Assembly: GCF_006345805.1 (NCBI RefSeq)
Contig: NC_043021.1
Span: 12,772,001-12,836,000, forward strand
Source: Octopus sinensis
Lineage: Eukaryota
Length of the DNA: 64,000 nucleotides
Reading direction: 5' to 3'
Part shown: piece after piece, positions 1 to 57,594 of the stretch
How positions within the stretch are numbered: position 1 is the stretch's first letter
How the letters are laid out: the number at the start of each line of letters is the position of its first letter
The notes under the pieces: generated by a model
What the model saw: the letters and a program-made list of their open reading frames with translations, nothing else
The model's database searches: none
Told to the model about the DNA's origin: nothing
Position numbers and translations under genes: made by a program

Positions 1-2312
1 TGAACTGAGAGACTAAAAAACCCCTACTCTCATCATTTGATGTCTGCTTTCCATGCTGGTATGGGTTCAACTGTTTGACAGACGCTAGCTAGACAAAAGA
101 TTGTACAAGGCTTCAGTGTGAAATAAATTTGTGTTAATTAGTTACTTTATAATGATTAACCATAATTTAGGTTTCTGAAGATTTATGTATTACCCACCAA
201 TGAAGAAAGCATATTAAGAAATAAATACAGAAAAGATCTCCTGCACTGGATCTAAAATATGAAAATGACAACTCACCTGAGCTACTAATCAGTTTGAAGA
301 TTATTAAGGTGTTAAAATAAGTTCTACCTAAATCTTCTGAATTCACATCTTATGGCATATGAATTAAGCCTTACTCGAATGAATATAATGATAACTATAC
401 TGTGCTGTATGCTTTTTTTTCTTTATCTTTTTACTTAAATCTCTCCTGCAGGTTTGACATTTAGAAAAAAATACACATTAAAAGCAAATTCTTCAACCAT
501 TCTAAACTCATTTTACCAGGCACTGTCCTGCCTCTGCTCATAAAAATCAGGAGCAAAATTAGCAAATCCATTGCTAAAGAGACCTTTATGTTGAAAGAGA
601 AACAGAAACTTGACTTCTTATGGGACACCTATTGTAGTTTATGAATCTTATCTTTACATATATGACAACCAGCCAACCCATCTTGATTGTAATAAAGCCC
701 ATAAAAAAATTTTAAACTGATGGAAGTAGTTGTATGAAAAGATAGCATTAAATTAAACAAACAAAAAAGTATAAAAACAGATTTCCTTTCAAAATCACAA
801 GGCAATAAAAAAAAAAAACTAAAATAAATTTAGCTGGAAAAAAAGAGAGAGAGGAAAGAAGAAAAGAGAATGGGTGGGGAAAATGGACGGAGGGCAGTTT
901 TTGCATCAGAATGAAATTTAAAAAAATTATTATTTTTGAGCAAGAGACAAATGCCTACTCATAAGATAATGGATTAGGAAGATCATGATAGTAGTAGTAG
1001 TAGTAATAACAATGATGCTAAAAATAGTAGTTAACAATGAAATGAAAGAGGAAGGAAGAGAGAGAAGAAAAAAAACATAGGTAGTAGTACTTAATGTTCA
1101 CTGAAATAGACCCACCTTTAATCCTGGCCCGCATGTCTACCACTCTCAGCAGCTGGAACATTAAATACATAAAGACCTTAATGGGCTACTGCCAGAAACT
1201 ATTATTATTTTTATTATTATTGTTGTTGTTGTTATTAATAATGAACCCAACCGACCAACCAATGTAAGAATGAGTTACACAACTTCACATTCAGTCACAC
1301 TAATGAATTTCTACGTATGCAATGTTTACAGAGTGTATGTGTGTATGTACATGTATATCTATGCATATATGTGTGTGTGTTTACGCACAAACTCTATAAT
1401 ATATATATATATATATATCTAATGTAGATAAATCTATGTGTATGTATATATAGATACATACATTGCAAACATCTTTATATATATATATATATATTACATA
1501 CACACACACACTATATATATATATATGAGTATATAAGAGTAAGCATACAAATATAAAATTAAGATGAAAATTATTCAAATCTGAAACATTAGCAAAAAAT
1601 ATCAAAATTAACCAACAAGATGTATGTGTATTTTTATTTTTCTTTCTAGCTCTAGAAACATTTCTGAAGTTAAAACAATCAAAGTTGCAGGCCCATGATT
1701 ATCACAAGTGAACAAATTATATATAACACATTACAACCAAGAATATGAGTGTCTTAATATCTCTGTTTGAATGTGTATATACATACACACACATATATAT
1801 TAGTATAATGAAATGAGCATGCAAAATATTATGAAGTAATAATATTATCATTACATTAATAATAAATTTTAAACACAGGAAAATACAAATACTTTAGAAG
1901 GTGCACCAGTCTTTGATTGTGATAACTTATGGTGATGTATCCACCTTTTAAGTCTAGCTCATCAGAAATAACTTTTTAATGCACATGCATTGAAAAATAG
2001 GTCTAAATCCATCCAGATATCATCTCACTGCTTTCATACTGTTAATTTAATTCTAAGAGAAACAAATACTGCTTTGATGTCAAATTTTGTTTTTCTCCCC
2101 ACAGCAGTAGTTGAGTCATAAATATATAAAACTTTATGTCTTCGTGATTAAAGCGTGTGTATGGGTGAATGTAATGTATACAAGAAAACATTTAAAATAT
2201 ATATTTACATACATGCAGTAGAAAAGAAAATGTATATACACATGCATATATATATTGTCCATCCCCAAAGACTCTTTACTCATTTTTGACTGACGATCTT
2301 GTAAGAAATTAA

Positions 2313-2526
2313 CCCTTTTGACACCAACCCACCTGAGACCACCCTTACATAGTCCTATGATGTAAATTCCCTGTTTTAAAGTGATCACAATTAAAACCTG
2401 TCAAATTTCCATGTTATGTTCCAAAATAGTTATTTGACTAAATTCTTCATTACTTCCAAAATTAATTGAAAAAAGGAAGAAAAAAAAAAGCAGTGTATTT
2501 CAAAAGAAAATATGGTAACGAAAGGG
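2313..2526. mobile_element. TTAA-flanked MITE (family B, CCCTTT(T/C)G...CGAAAGGG)
   Basis: TTAA on both sides; imperfect TIRs. Confidence 0.7.
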
Positions 2527-3523
2527 TTAAAAGGCACTGATTCATGCACATATCATTACATACATATATATATATATACACACATACATATACTGACATA
2601 TATCATGTAAAATACACATACACATGAGGGCTTATGATATTTGTGAGCATAAACCAAAGTATATATGCATATGCTGTAGATATGACAATATTTATAATAC
2701 TTTAATGAATGATGGAGGGGAAAAATAAGTTATGTTGACCTTGAAAAAAAAAGACAAAAAAATCAAACGAAAAGTGTTGGGGGGAAAAACTCACTTGGAA
2801 AAACAAACACAAGAAACACGATGGCAGTAATGAAATGAATTCACAAATCTTTTTTTTTTTTCATTTTTAACAATATCAATATGGGTTGGACATTCCATGA
2901 TGTAACTCAAGAAAAAAAAAAACCTAAACAAAATATACATGATATTGTAAATCTTTAGAAATTGCAATAGTCAAAAGAATATACATACATATATACATAC
3001 ATATATACATACATATATGCATATACACACACATACATAAAAATATAATAAATGAAATCAAAACAGAAAGGAGACTGGGAATGGAGATGGGGAGGAGGAG
3101 AAAGAGGAAGAGGATTACAACAGAGAAAGAAAACGAAAATTCACGCATGTACAAAAAGAGATACCCATTATATAAAAGAGACAAGATTGGTAAAATTCGA
3201 AACAATATATTCCAAGCGAAACCAATAGCAAAGACTGAGGAGAGAGAGAAAAAAAAGAAAAAAGAGAGAAAAAAATGGAATGAACTCACAAATACACTAG
3301 CCAAGCAAAAGTGAAACAAAAATATTTTTTCCAAGGAGAGACAAGAGAAAAACAATAGATAAATAGAAAAAAAAAATCAAAAACAAAAAGCACCATTTTG
3401 AGGAAAAAAATTTTAATAATAAATAATAATAATAATAATAATAATACAATGAAAATTTTTTTTCTCTCTCTTGAAACGTCGTTTTTGTCATGCAGAAACA
3501 GCAAGGGTAGAGTTTCTAAGAAG

Positions 3524-3645
3524 TTACGTACGTGTTTTGAGGAAAGACTCAAGGCCTGGTGTCCTGGGGAGCTGTTCAGGTTTTATGTGTGGCCATGAGA
3601 AATGGTCACTTGTAGGTAAGAAAGGGTGTGGCTGGTCAAAGGGGG
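3524..3645 (-). CDS. Candidate terminal coding exon of Mi-2 (xPFDQPHPFLPTSDHFSWPHIKPEQLPRTPGLESFLKTRT*)
   Basis: U-rich acceptor ttgttttattttgttggtgtgtag; phase 1 matches the 9243 donor; GC-rich Pro-rich frame ending in TAA; no homology recognised. Confidence 0.5.
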
Positions 3646-3995
3646 CTACACACCAACAAAATAAAACAAGATTAGCAATATCTAGTTGTGTTAAGTCCGT
3701 GAAAATGGGGTGGTAAATGGGTGGAATGGTCTTGCATTTTAATTCAAATGCAGATACAAAAAGTCATCTATCATAACAGTTGGTATCAAAACAGTTTAGA
3801 TAGTGTTCTAATTAAATGTTCTTTCTTATACTTTAGTTTCCAAATGTATATATGTGGGTTTATTATTTATTAATGGTACCTGGTTAGTCACAATTTAGTA
3901 TGATCTATCTCCTTAAATAGCAAATAGGGCTAAATAGAACCACAAACACGATTGTAACTGAACAGCTAACAGAAACCTGGCTGAGTATACTTTAC

Positions 3996-4051
3996 TAGCA
4001 GTAACTGGAACTGTATTTGGATATAGCGAATTTGAAGAAAATTCCATTGCC
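3996..4051 (-). CDS. Possible small penultimate exon (RAMEFSSNSLYPNTVPVTA)
   Basis: ttactatttgag / gtaaag; phase 2-1 would bridge the 9239 donor to the 3645 acceptor; weak sites, no homology. Confidence 0.25.
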
Positions 4052-4896
4052 CTCAAATAGTAACAAACCAGAAGACTTGAAAAAGACAAACAGAGTTTCA
4101 CACACACACACACACACAAGCATGCTGATCAAGAGGGAGAGATTGATTGGATACAGAATTGTAAAAGGTGAAGAGCAGGAGACATACTGAGGTGAAATGA
4201 GACTAAAAAAATTATATTCCACAGAAACTGTAAGAAGCACAGCCTCCCTGCTAAAAAAAAACACAAACACTGAAGTTAATGTTAGTAATTTTGACATGGG
4301 TTTAATTAGTGTCTTAGCAAGTGTAGTTGGCTGGCAGCATGCAAATTTGAACAGTAACACATTCAGTATATCAAATGAAGTGTTCTCATTCATACACACA
4401 TTCTGTGCAGACGTAACTAAACCTCCATAGAGTGTTCCACTAGTGTATCGTTCATTAGAACAATTGGGCAAGTAAAGCAGTCTCACAAAATTAATCAAAG
4501 TTTAACCAACCAACAAAAAAAATCTTGTGTTTTGCCAAAATCACATTCTCAGAAACAGACTTTGGATAAATTCTTGGAAACAGAATGTACAAAATTAGCC
4601 ATGTCGTATTCTAACAAATAAAATGTTGTTCTAATATACATAATGTACACCAATACATCCTGCGCCTACCTAGACAGATTAATCAGCTTGAAGGAAACTA
4701 ATTGAAATTTTCAAATTCAAATGACTCAGAAGTTATTTTAATGTGAGAGAGAAATGATAGATAGATGGATAAATAGATGTATAGATAGATGGATAGATAG
4801 AGATAGATAGATAGATGGGGAGTAATATAGTGGGATCACAAAATAAAGGGAATGCTTATTCCCTAAGGTTTCACAAGTGAGTTTGATTCAGAATTG

Positions 4897-5056
4897 CACA
4901 AGACCAGCGAGAATTGTGACAAACTTCATGTCGCAATAACCAAGTAGCTTAATTAGTTACATCATAGCACAACACAAGACAGGCAAGAATTGTGACTCAA
5001 ACTTCACTTGTCACAATAACCAAGTGGTTTAGTTAGTTACATAATAATAGCACAAC
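4897..5056. repeat. Diverged ~76-bp tandem duplication, each unit containing an 8-bp inverted repeat
   Basis: CACAAGAC...GAATTGTGAC...GTC(G/A)CAATAACCAAGT...TTAGTTACAT...ATAGCACAAC occurs twice. Confidence 0.8.
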
Positions 5057-5117
5057 TATTACAGCATCTGACTTCAACAAAGCATCAATCTCTCAGAGAC
5101 ACTACTAAAATCAATGT

Positions 5118-5148
<31 letters not shown>

Positions 5149-5695
5149 GATGGGGAGTAGTTTTCTGAGACTCAGAGTTAATAAGAGTGGTCTGCAAAAC
5201 CACTTATAATTAAAACCCTGATCAAAAGGCAGATAGATGTCCGCACCAACTATTCTTAGTCGCTCTTGTTACAATCAGCTACTCAGACAGACTAAGCAAC
5301 AAGCTGGATGAAAGCTGTCCTGGCAGCTATACAAATACTCCACACAATATGCCAAGAGAAACAGGATATAATTTGTGAGCTCATTGAGAAGATCATAGCA
5401 GGGTCACCTTCACATCAACCAATCAATTACTATGTAGACATGACTGAGCTCGAAATTATAAACACAAACAAAATTTTACAAAATTCAATTGAATGGAACA
5501 AATATTACTGATAACAATTCTTGCCTTCTCAAGCAATTAGCCAGAAAGTTGTTTTGTTATGTTTTTATCGGTCAAAATTTATATCATAGATCTAAAGAGG
5601 TAACATTAACTGAACTGAGGTAAATTATTACCCTACTTATTAATTTCTGCATTTGTGTGTTAGTGTTGTAAATTTGGAAGTTGTGGCAAAATTAA

Positions 5696-5869
5696 CCCTT
5701 TCACATTTAAACCAGCCATATCTAACCTAAATATTCTACCTGTTTTATATTTAAACTGGCTTCTCACACTGACCCTAAAACGTCATTCTCAAAAATACAC
5801 AATCACATCATCGAAATCTCAAAGCTACAAGATACCTGATTAATTCAAAACAATGTGAATGCTAAAGGA
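5696..5869. mobile_element. Family A MITE copy (reverse orientation)
   Basis: Similarity to the other copies; degenerate termini. Confidence 0.65.
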
Positions 5870-6506
5870 TTGAACAATTACTATTCAAATAAATTATTTC
5901 ACAAAAATTACTTTTTTTAAAAAAAACTACATTTTTATATTTCCATAAGACAATGTAAGAATTATGACTTTTGTTCTCGGAAAAATAAATAAAATAGGTA
6001 TTGTCCTCTAACACCACTCAAAGCTAAGTCACTCACACACCAAAAACACTACAAACCTCCATGCAGACAACAGCATATATTGGACATTTCTGTTAAGTGC
6101 ACATATGCACATTTCACAGTATGCTGTGCAAAAATAGTAAACCTTGCATATTCCAAGACTTTTTTTTTTTAGAACTACTTTATTTGTAATGGGTTTGAAA
6201 AGCTCTCAAAAGAACATTTTCTTTTTGTTCCATAAATTCTAAACTACCAGCCTAACAAGGGAAAAATGCAAGACGAATAGTTATTTCCAAAATTGTGTAC
6301 TTTGGTAATACAATTATAGTAAGGATGAGAGTTGTTAAACCAGCAGCACACAGGACTATATATATTATATACTAATTGTTAAATTAAGATATTTTTCTTA
6401 ACATGAAACCAATGGTGACCTTAATACACAAATAAAGAAATTTTATCCACCAATGCAGTGTTGAGCACTTGTTCTCGTTGACATTTACACACACACACAT
6501 TATTAT

Positions 6507-6553
<47 letters not shown>

Positions 6554-8809
6554 ATAAAGCAAAAATTACGTCATTTCTAAAAAAAATTTAATATGTTCAA
6601 ATTATTTAAATTTGCATCTTGCATCATTAGTTGAACAACAAAAATAGAAAATTACATTTCATGTGACTTTAGACAAAAATTTAAAAGGAATTAAAATCAA
6701 GAGACCATACAGATCTTAAGTTTCTCGTTGTTCATTATCATCTGTAGCTACTCTGGTTGTTCACATTAAAAGGAATAAAATATTTGACTGAAAAGTCCAC
6801 AAGAAGATGAGAAAATTAAAAAAGATTACAGTGGAATAAATAGGAGAAAAACTGTAAAAGACATGAAGCAAAATGAAACAAAAATACCAACAGAAACTAA
6901 CAACAGCAGAACAAAAGAATAAATTTGTTTTCGTCTCACACAAAACCAATTTTCTTAAAAGGAGGTTATGGTGAAATAATTCAACCTCAGCATATTACGG
7001 GCCCTTGATGAGCGCAAGGGAATGTTTTGACTTCAGTGAAGTCTGAACTTGAAACCAAGCAGGACAAAACTAAACACTGTTAAAAGTATTTAGCCTGACA
7101 TTTAACCATCTTTACCATTTCCATTTTATTTTTCATTGCTTCATTTTTTTCTTCTCTTTTTTTTTTTTTTTTTTCCATTTTCATTTTTAAAAATGGTGCT
7201 GAAAAATTCTTTTGTCGCTTATGGACGACTAAAAGAAGTCGAAGGAGGAGGAGGAGAAAAAATGAAGTGGGATTGAAGGGAGAAAGCCAAGAACAAAATA
7301 TGAAATAACAGAAACAACAGCAACATAAATAATGATGTGTAATAATATAAAAGCAATTATTATTATTATTATTCACTTTCCATTGCCATAATGTAAATCC
7401 CTGCCCCCAACTATATATATATACACACATACAGCCAAGCATGCAACAAGAGTTAATTAACTAAGCAAGAATAAAAGGTGGGGGGAACAAAAAAAAATAC
7501 CAATAAAAAAAAAACCAGACAACAAAAAACACATGTTCTTTCACAGCAGTTTGTATTATATATATATATATGTATTTATATATATACACACACACACATT
7601 TTATATAATATATATATATATAAAATAAAATGTGCATACATACATTCACATCTGCCACACACACATAAGAGGGATCAAAAATGGACATTCCACAAAATTT
7701 TCATTACATAAAAAGGGAAAAAGAAAGAAAAAAAAAAGATACAAAGATTTCCTGTAGTTAAAGATGCTTTAATGGTTGACAAAATCTCACTTACAAAGAG
7801 CCCTTTTGTGAGAAACACAAGAATTGTCAAGGACCTTTTAGCAATGCAATGGAGGAGAAAGAAAGAGGAGACAAAAAAACAGATAATAAAAGGAAGCGGT
7901 AAAGTTGGGTGGGGGGCAGCTCCTTTGGTCCATTTTACTGAAACAGATTTAAACAGTTCTAAAAATATAGTTTACGGTGTCAGGCACCATTAAAAACATA
8001 GGCCAGTGTCTTTTTTTAGATGATTTAAGGTTTATTTTAAAAGTTGGTAAATATTTTTTTAAAATTTTATTTATCAAACAAATGTCCCAACTGATCAAGA
8101 CAGTGGAGTGTTAAAATAAATGAAACACTATTTGAAAGTTGGATGATGATGGTGGTGGTGGTAATGGTGATAGTAGAAGTAGTAGTAGTGGTGGTGATGT
8201 TACTATAGCAGTATTTAGAAGAGAGAAAACTACTGATGTCTTTTGGTTGGTTTACACAACAAATTCGTGTTCCAACCACACAGAGGAGGAAAAAGGCTTT
8301 CTTCAAATCATACAAGTTTTAATTTAAATTAGGATAATTAACTTAATAATATCACATACTAGAAAATCCTGTAAAGAAAACTAAAAAAAAATTGTGTAAT
8401 AAAAAGAAGCAGAAAGCAAAAGATGATTTGAAATCTAAGTGGAAAGACAGAGTTTATAAGGTTCAGGTCACTTTAAACAGTGGGTTATTTAAATTTTGTC
8501 ATTATATAATGACAATAGCCAATTAGATTCTTTTTTTAGCTGTCAAATATTCTTTGTGGATCTAATGCAAAATTTCTACTTTAAACATAGCATTTATTTG
8601 ACTAAGAATCTCTGGAAACTATTCCACCATAGAAATAGTATCACATGCTAGTCCTGAAATTACAAATAACAAAAATATGAAAAGATGCTTTAAATGTAAG
8701 CAAAACTGTCAGTTTCCAACAGTTCCTCTCGACTGCTGTGTAAGATCAGTATCATTTTAGTCATGGGAAAGGGGTAAAATTCCAAATATGGTAAACTAAA
8801 GACTCTTCA

Positions 8810-8811
<2 letters not shown>

Positions 8812-8858
<47 letters not shown>
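8812..8858. repeat. (TA)n microsatellite; others at ~1398, 6510, 44867 and 45936
   Basis: Direct inspection. Confidence 0.95.
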
Positions 8859-8863
<5 letters not shown>

Positions 8864-9237
8864 AAGTCTTTACCAACATGCAAATTTTCATTCAGGAAAA
8901 CTGTATTTTCCCAGTTCAAAGTCTCAATATATAAAAACAAAAATTTCCATTATGAACGGCTTAGAAAATTTAATTGTTGAGATGTTTCTAATTAAAATAA
9001 TCATGTAATTATAGATTGTATGTATGAACCCACAGTTGAAATTTACAAGTTTGTGCTGGATGATTAATGCTGAGCTTGATACAATGAGAATGGTAAAAAG
9101 CAAAATGTGACCTTTCTGTTATTCCCCCCTCTTTAGTATCTACGCTCCAGGAGAGGAGGGCATTATAAAGAATAGCGAGGGGAAACAAAAGGGAAAGGTA
9201 CACTGGGTTTGTGCTTGGAACGTCACACAAGTTGTTA

Positions 9238-51773
<42,536 letters not shown>

Positions 51774-53198
51774 CTAAAAAATTGAAAGATTAACAGGCAT
51801 TAAAAACAAGTCAATATATAAATATACACATTTTCATTCCCTTTTACTCACACATACATGCACAGACTTCATTTCACACTTAGAGAAGATTCAATATAAA
51901 TTGCCAAAAGCCATCTAACAAGTGTCACGCTACAAAATTTTATTAAAAATTACACAAAAAAATGAGAAAGTGATTGCCACCAATTGTAGTTTTTTTTTTT
52001 TTTTTCATTTGTTACTTATGAGTTGTTTTATTATTTGTATCTGAAGAACCTACATTGAAAGTTTACAATACTGAATCTCTTAAACTAACCAACTTGGTAC
52101 ATTTAAACCAATTGGTTACAGTAGTTCTAACATTTACTGATTAACAAAATATTCAATAAGGAACTACACGTCAAAAATTACCACTTAAATTTTCATCATT
52201 TCCATCAGTGCATTCATTTCATAAATACCATTTTTTGTTTTATCATTTAGGACTTCTTACGTGAAGACCATAAAATCATTCTTCAACACACAACGAGAAG
52301 CCAGTAACCACAGAATTACTGCTAAAAATTCTTGAACGCAAAATAGTACGGTACCAAATATTAAATACACTTCCCTCTCACACACACACCAAACAATGCC
52401 AACTCATATCCATCATACTGTAGTTATCAACAAGGATGCTGTCAATATCCTACATCTATGAGGAAATGCAGTAAACATACAGTAAATATACTTAATGCCA
52501 GTACTGGGAATAAGAATTCCCATTACTATTTCTCCATAGCTAGTATATTTACTATATATATATAAATATATATATATAAAATTATAAAACCAACTCATTT
52601 TCACATCCATTCACAAACTCGTATCCCTGATATAATCAGTTGCATGTTTGGTAAGGCCACCAAACTACCTCTCTATTCCAATAATTCAGTCAGTTGGACA
52701 GAGAGATAAAGCATAGCATTGTGCTTTGTTAATAGCAATACTGAATTCATTTTTTTTTACCAATACCATAATAAGTTGATATAACAGAATTTGTTGATAT
52801 TCTTTACAATATCATGGAAATTGTGTTAACAGCTTACAGCCGCTTACTTGAAATTAAATACCAAGACAAAAAAATTAAAAGATTAGAGTGTAGAAGTTTT
52901 TAATGAATACCAACAAGTTATGTAATTACTTACCTGCAGAAGTAATCATTTCTCAGCGATTTTATTAACATACTTAAAAATCAACTAAAACACCTCTGAC
53001 AAATGAGCATAAGTTTTCATGAAGACATTAAACAAAAATTATTTCAAATAAAACGGAAATTAGCTTTACACTTTCATTTTAAAAACAAAACACTGGAGAA
53101 CAATAATGTTTCAGATTTCAAAAGGTTTTATAACATAGATCCTGCAGCCTGAAAGGAAACTACATTACACACAAACACACACACATATATATATATGA

Positions 53199-53229
<31 letters not shown>

Positions 53230-56200
53230 CAAACGCACGCACATGTGTGCGTTCTTGTGCTCTGAAGTTCAACAAGCAGTAAAGCAATGTATCAGTAAAG
53301 AGAGTGAATAAATTATTATAAATGAAAAACATACAAAAAGTCTTGTAAAATTCAGTTACCCAGGGTTTCTGGGTAAAATATTGAATTTCACCATTTTTCA
53401 AGCTTGCAATGTCCACAAGACAGTTTAGTAACTGCATTTGATGTAAAGTTTAAATATTTCAACCAGGAAACCATGGACAGCTGGAATTCACAAGATTTTT
53501 TCTGCATTTCGGATAGATAGACAAACATGTATGTATGACCAAAATTTTTTATATTGTAAAAACTCCACCGAAACTAATTAAACATAAAAATATTATTTCT
53601 TCTACAGTGTCAATACTAAAATCACCTTTTCAAGATTATCAGAATATGGATAATGTGAGAATTTAATGGGTTAATATGATTTGAGCACTGAATTTAACAC
53701 GTAATGAACAGTTGCATGTACATACTGGGTTTTCCATCTAAATTGACCAGCACAACCAGTGACGCTGGTAGATGGTTTGATGGAGGTTTTTTTCTCCCGC
53801 AGCAGTTGAGTGATGTAGGTATTACAATACTCTACATTGAAACAACCAACCTTTGACTGTTTTTTTTTCCTTCTTCAGGTCAAGTATACTCACTTCACTG
53901 ATCCACAGGACATTTACTTTCCACTCAAATGGTGTCAATGAGGACACATGTATCAAGATACATACACACACACACACAGAGACAGAGGCTTCCTTTCTGT
54001 CTCTGTCAACCAATTCTGCTGATAAAGAATCAGTCCAAAACTATAATAGAAGACACCTAACAAAGATGCCATGTAGTAGGACTGAACCCAAAACCATGTT
54101 ACTGCAAAGCCAACTTCGTACGCACACAGCGATGTATATAAAATGTGTATTCAACTTACATCATACCTAAGTTGCTCTTCAATGAAAAAACGTGCAAGTA
54201 ATTATATTCTCAACTAAACCTTTCAGTTCAATGCACCACCATCTCTAGGTGATACAACAGAAAAACCAGAAGCACAGTTAAATATCGGGCATCAGTTGAA
54301 ATGGTGGTGAATAAGAATCAACAGAAGAGAATACGTTTATTTTAACTAGAGCTTAGCAATCTAAGCTGAAATTTTGAAGGTACAGAAGTGGTCATTATAA
54401 ATGAAATGTCTAAAAATTAGAATGTTCCGACAGTTTAATAAAAAAAGAATGTAATGTGTTTCTCTAGTGTAATTTGAAGTGATAATAGAAGAAAAAGTGT
54501 TATTGCTTGCTTTGAATGTCAAAGAGAGAGGGTGAACAGAAACAATGAGAGCAGTTTAGTTTAATTCAAAGAGAAAAATCAAACAGATACAACCATGTGA
54601 ATGTAAATTAAAAGAGCATTTAATTTCACAATACAGAATATATAAAGTAACTGCACAAACAGATCTATCAAATTTTGTGACAGCTAGAAAAATTATCTAC
54701 AATTAATAGTTATACAAAACTGTAAAATTAAAAATGAACATATTCTTGACAATTCCAAAATTAAGCCAATGCTGCACAAAAGAAAAGAAATTAGGTAATA
54801 TTCCCAATTTGGCTTTGAAAGAAAGGAAGGAAAAAACTTAAAACTCCTAAAATCTGAAACATTATTTAAGCCAGTTTATAAATACATAAAAATGACAGTT
54901 ACATTGCAAAAATGAACTTCAAATTGAACATTTTGCTTTATTTCATTACAATAATTATATATGTTGTTTTTTGAGGTTTTTTTAAAGAAAGTTCCAAATG
55001 TCAACTTCATGTAAACTTACCATTTTCAAAGTGAAAAGTCATTAAATGTGCCACAATGAGAATTAAATAAAATATCAAATGGAAAATTATTCAATTGATA
55101 AATAAAAAAAAAAAACAAAGCATGACAAAAAGCCTTAATTGAAAAATAAAACATCCCACCTACCAGTTTCTGTAAGTCCTTCCGTCACAAAGTGGAAGGA
55201 AAACACAGCTATCACAAAAGCAACAGCTGCCAGGATCAGGAATTAACGAGCAATTTAATGATGTAGCACTTTTACAACAAAAAAGTAATAATAATATATA
55301 AAGCATTAACTTCCTTTTGGACACCTATTCCTTTTTTTATATATATAAAAAGGTGCACAGGTTAATAAGCGGTTTCTATAGCAAAAGTGTATTCATAAAA
55401 ACGACAGGATACTTCAACAGCTCTCCTCAACAAAACATTGCTAAGTGATAATTAATTCAAGTACCACGGAATAGTAACCCCAAATATTTAGGATTCCTTC
55501 TTCAAATTGACTAAACTGTAAAAAGACAATGTTCACTATTATTTAGGAACATTATTTGAACTGGAATTCATGCCAATTTACAAGAGAGATAAAATCTGGA
55601 TACCTGCAGCTAACAGAAGTAGATTATATTAATAACAACCAAAAGGAGAGTGTTCTTTCAACACTGTGATGTATGAAGTTTGAACAACAAGCATGCAAGT
55701 CAGAAAATACGGAGCTCTGCATGCTGCCACTAAAACTGCTGCACTGCAATGGTTACGGTGATTAAAACAGCCTACCAGAGAAACCAGTCTAAATTCAGTG
55801 TACTGTCAACCAAATAAACATTTGGGAAATTAAAGTACTATTTCAGAGAAAACTCATGTGGGGTGTTTCTTGTTTTGTTTTCTGTGGGGGTCAGCATATT
55901 ACATGCAAAATTAGAAGCATGTTTCCAGTATGTTTGTCAGTTAGTGTGTGTGTGTGTGTGTGTGTGGAGGAGAAAGATTTCAAGTGTTTAAGGTTATAAA
56001 ATACAGAATTTGTATATTGCTGGAAATTTAAATAGGAAACGACATTGAATGAAAGAGACTGCAAAAATCAAATTTTTCAGCAATTCCAATGACGGAAAAT
56101 CCTTCAAGAAATAGTTGTGATTTAAACCATAGAATGCCACTGGCATGCATACTAGCTACACAAAGCAAGCATCAATATATCAGAAAAGGAATAGTACTCC

Positions 56201-56654
56201 ATCTAACAAATAAATGACTTATTGCGAGCTTCAGAAGATTCCCACCACTCAAGGTTAGCTAAAGATTTTAACCTCTAAATTGAATTTTAACACAAACTGT
56301 CATTTATGGTAAAATACCACTTCTTTGTAAGAAATAAAACCAATGTTTTTTGTACTTTGCAGGTTTTAATGCATTTCATTATCCCAGTGAATAAACAAAG
56401 CTGATGTTAATGTGCATAGAAAGCAGATTAGTTTGTACACCATGTACACAAAACAGAATTGCCTATTACATTAATTAAACAGTGATGATCAATATTATTA
56501 TAATGAATGGTCACTCCCAATTAATATTAGCAAACAGAATTATTAAAATAAAAGCATAAACTTGTACTATGCAAACAAATGAAGCTATAGTGCAAAAATA
56601 GTAAACCTAAGATTAAAAGACTCATTTTCTTTCCATCATACGGCAGAAGAAAAA

Positions 56655-56666
56655 TGTATATATGTA

Positions 56667-56751
<85 letters not shown>

Positions 56752-56892
56752 GTATATATGTATATATATATATGTATATATGTATATATATATGTATATA
56801 TGTATAATATATATATATGTATATATATATATGTATATATGATATATATATATATATGTATATATATATATGTATATATGTATATATATATA

Positions 56893-56935
<43 letters not shown>

Positions 56936-56947
56936 TATATATATGTA

Positions 56948-56992
<45 letters not shown>

Positions 56993-57056
56993 GTATATAT
57001 ATATATATAGTATATATATATATATATTATATATATATGTATATATATTATATATG

Positions 57057-57127
<71 letters not shown>

Positions 57128-57319
57128 GTATAATATATATGTATATATATATGTATATATATATGTATATATATATATGTATATATATATATGTATATAT
57201 ATATGTATATATATATGTATATATATATATGTATATATGTATATATATATGTATATATATATGTATATATATATGTATATATATGTATATATATATGTAT
57301 ATATATATGTATATATATG

Positions 57320-57350
<31 letters not shown>

Positions 57351-57507
57351 GTATATATATATGTATATATATGTATATATATATGTATATATATATGTAT
57401 ATATATATATGTATATATATATGTATATATATATGTATATATATATGTATATATATATATGTATATATATATATGTATATATATGTATATATATATATAT
57501 ATATATA

Positions 57508-57573
<66 letters not shown>

Positions 57574-57594
57574 GTATATGTATATATATATATG

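Noticed and set aside
6975-7230. Acceptor-like sites near 7229 and 7050 as alternative last exons
   Set aside because: Resulting peptides are low-complexity or very short with no support; could be intron or UTR sequence
8130-8215. Poly-Gly/Ser (plus) or poly-Thr (minus) ORF
   Set aside because: Trinucleotide microsatellite without splice support
55596-55620. CTGCAG|GTATCCAG as a second U12 donor
   Set aside because: Lacks the TCCTT core, and no matching U12 branch point precedes the next exon
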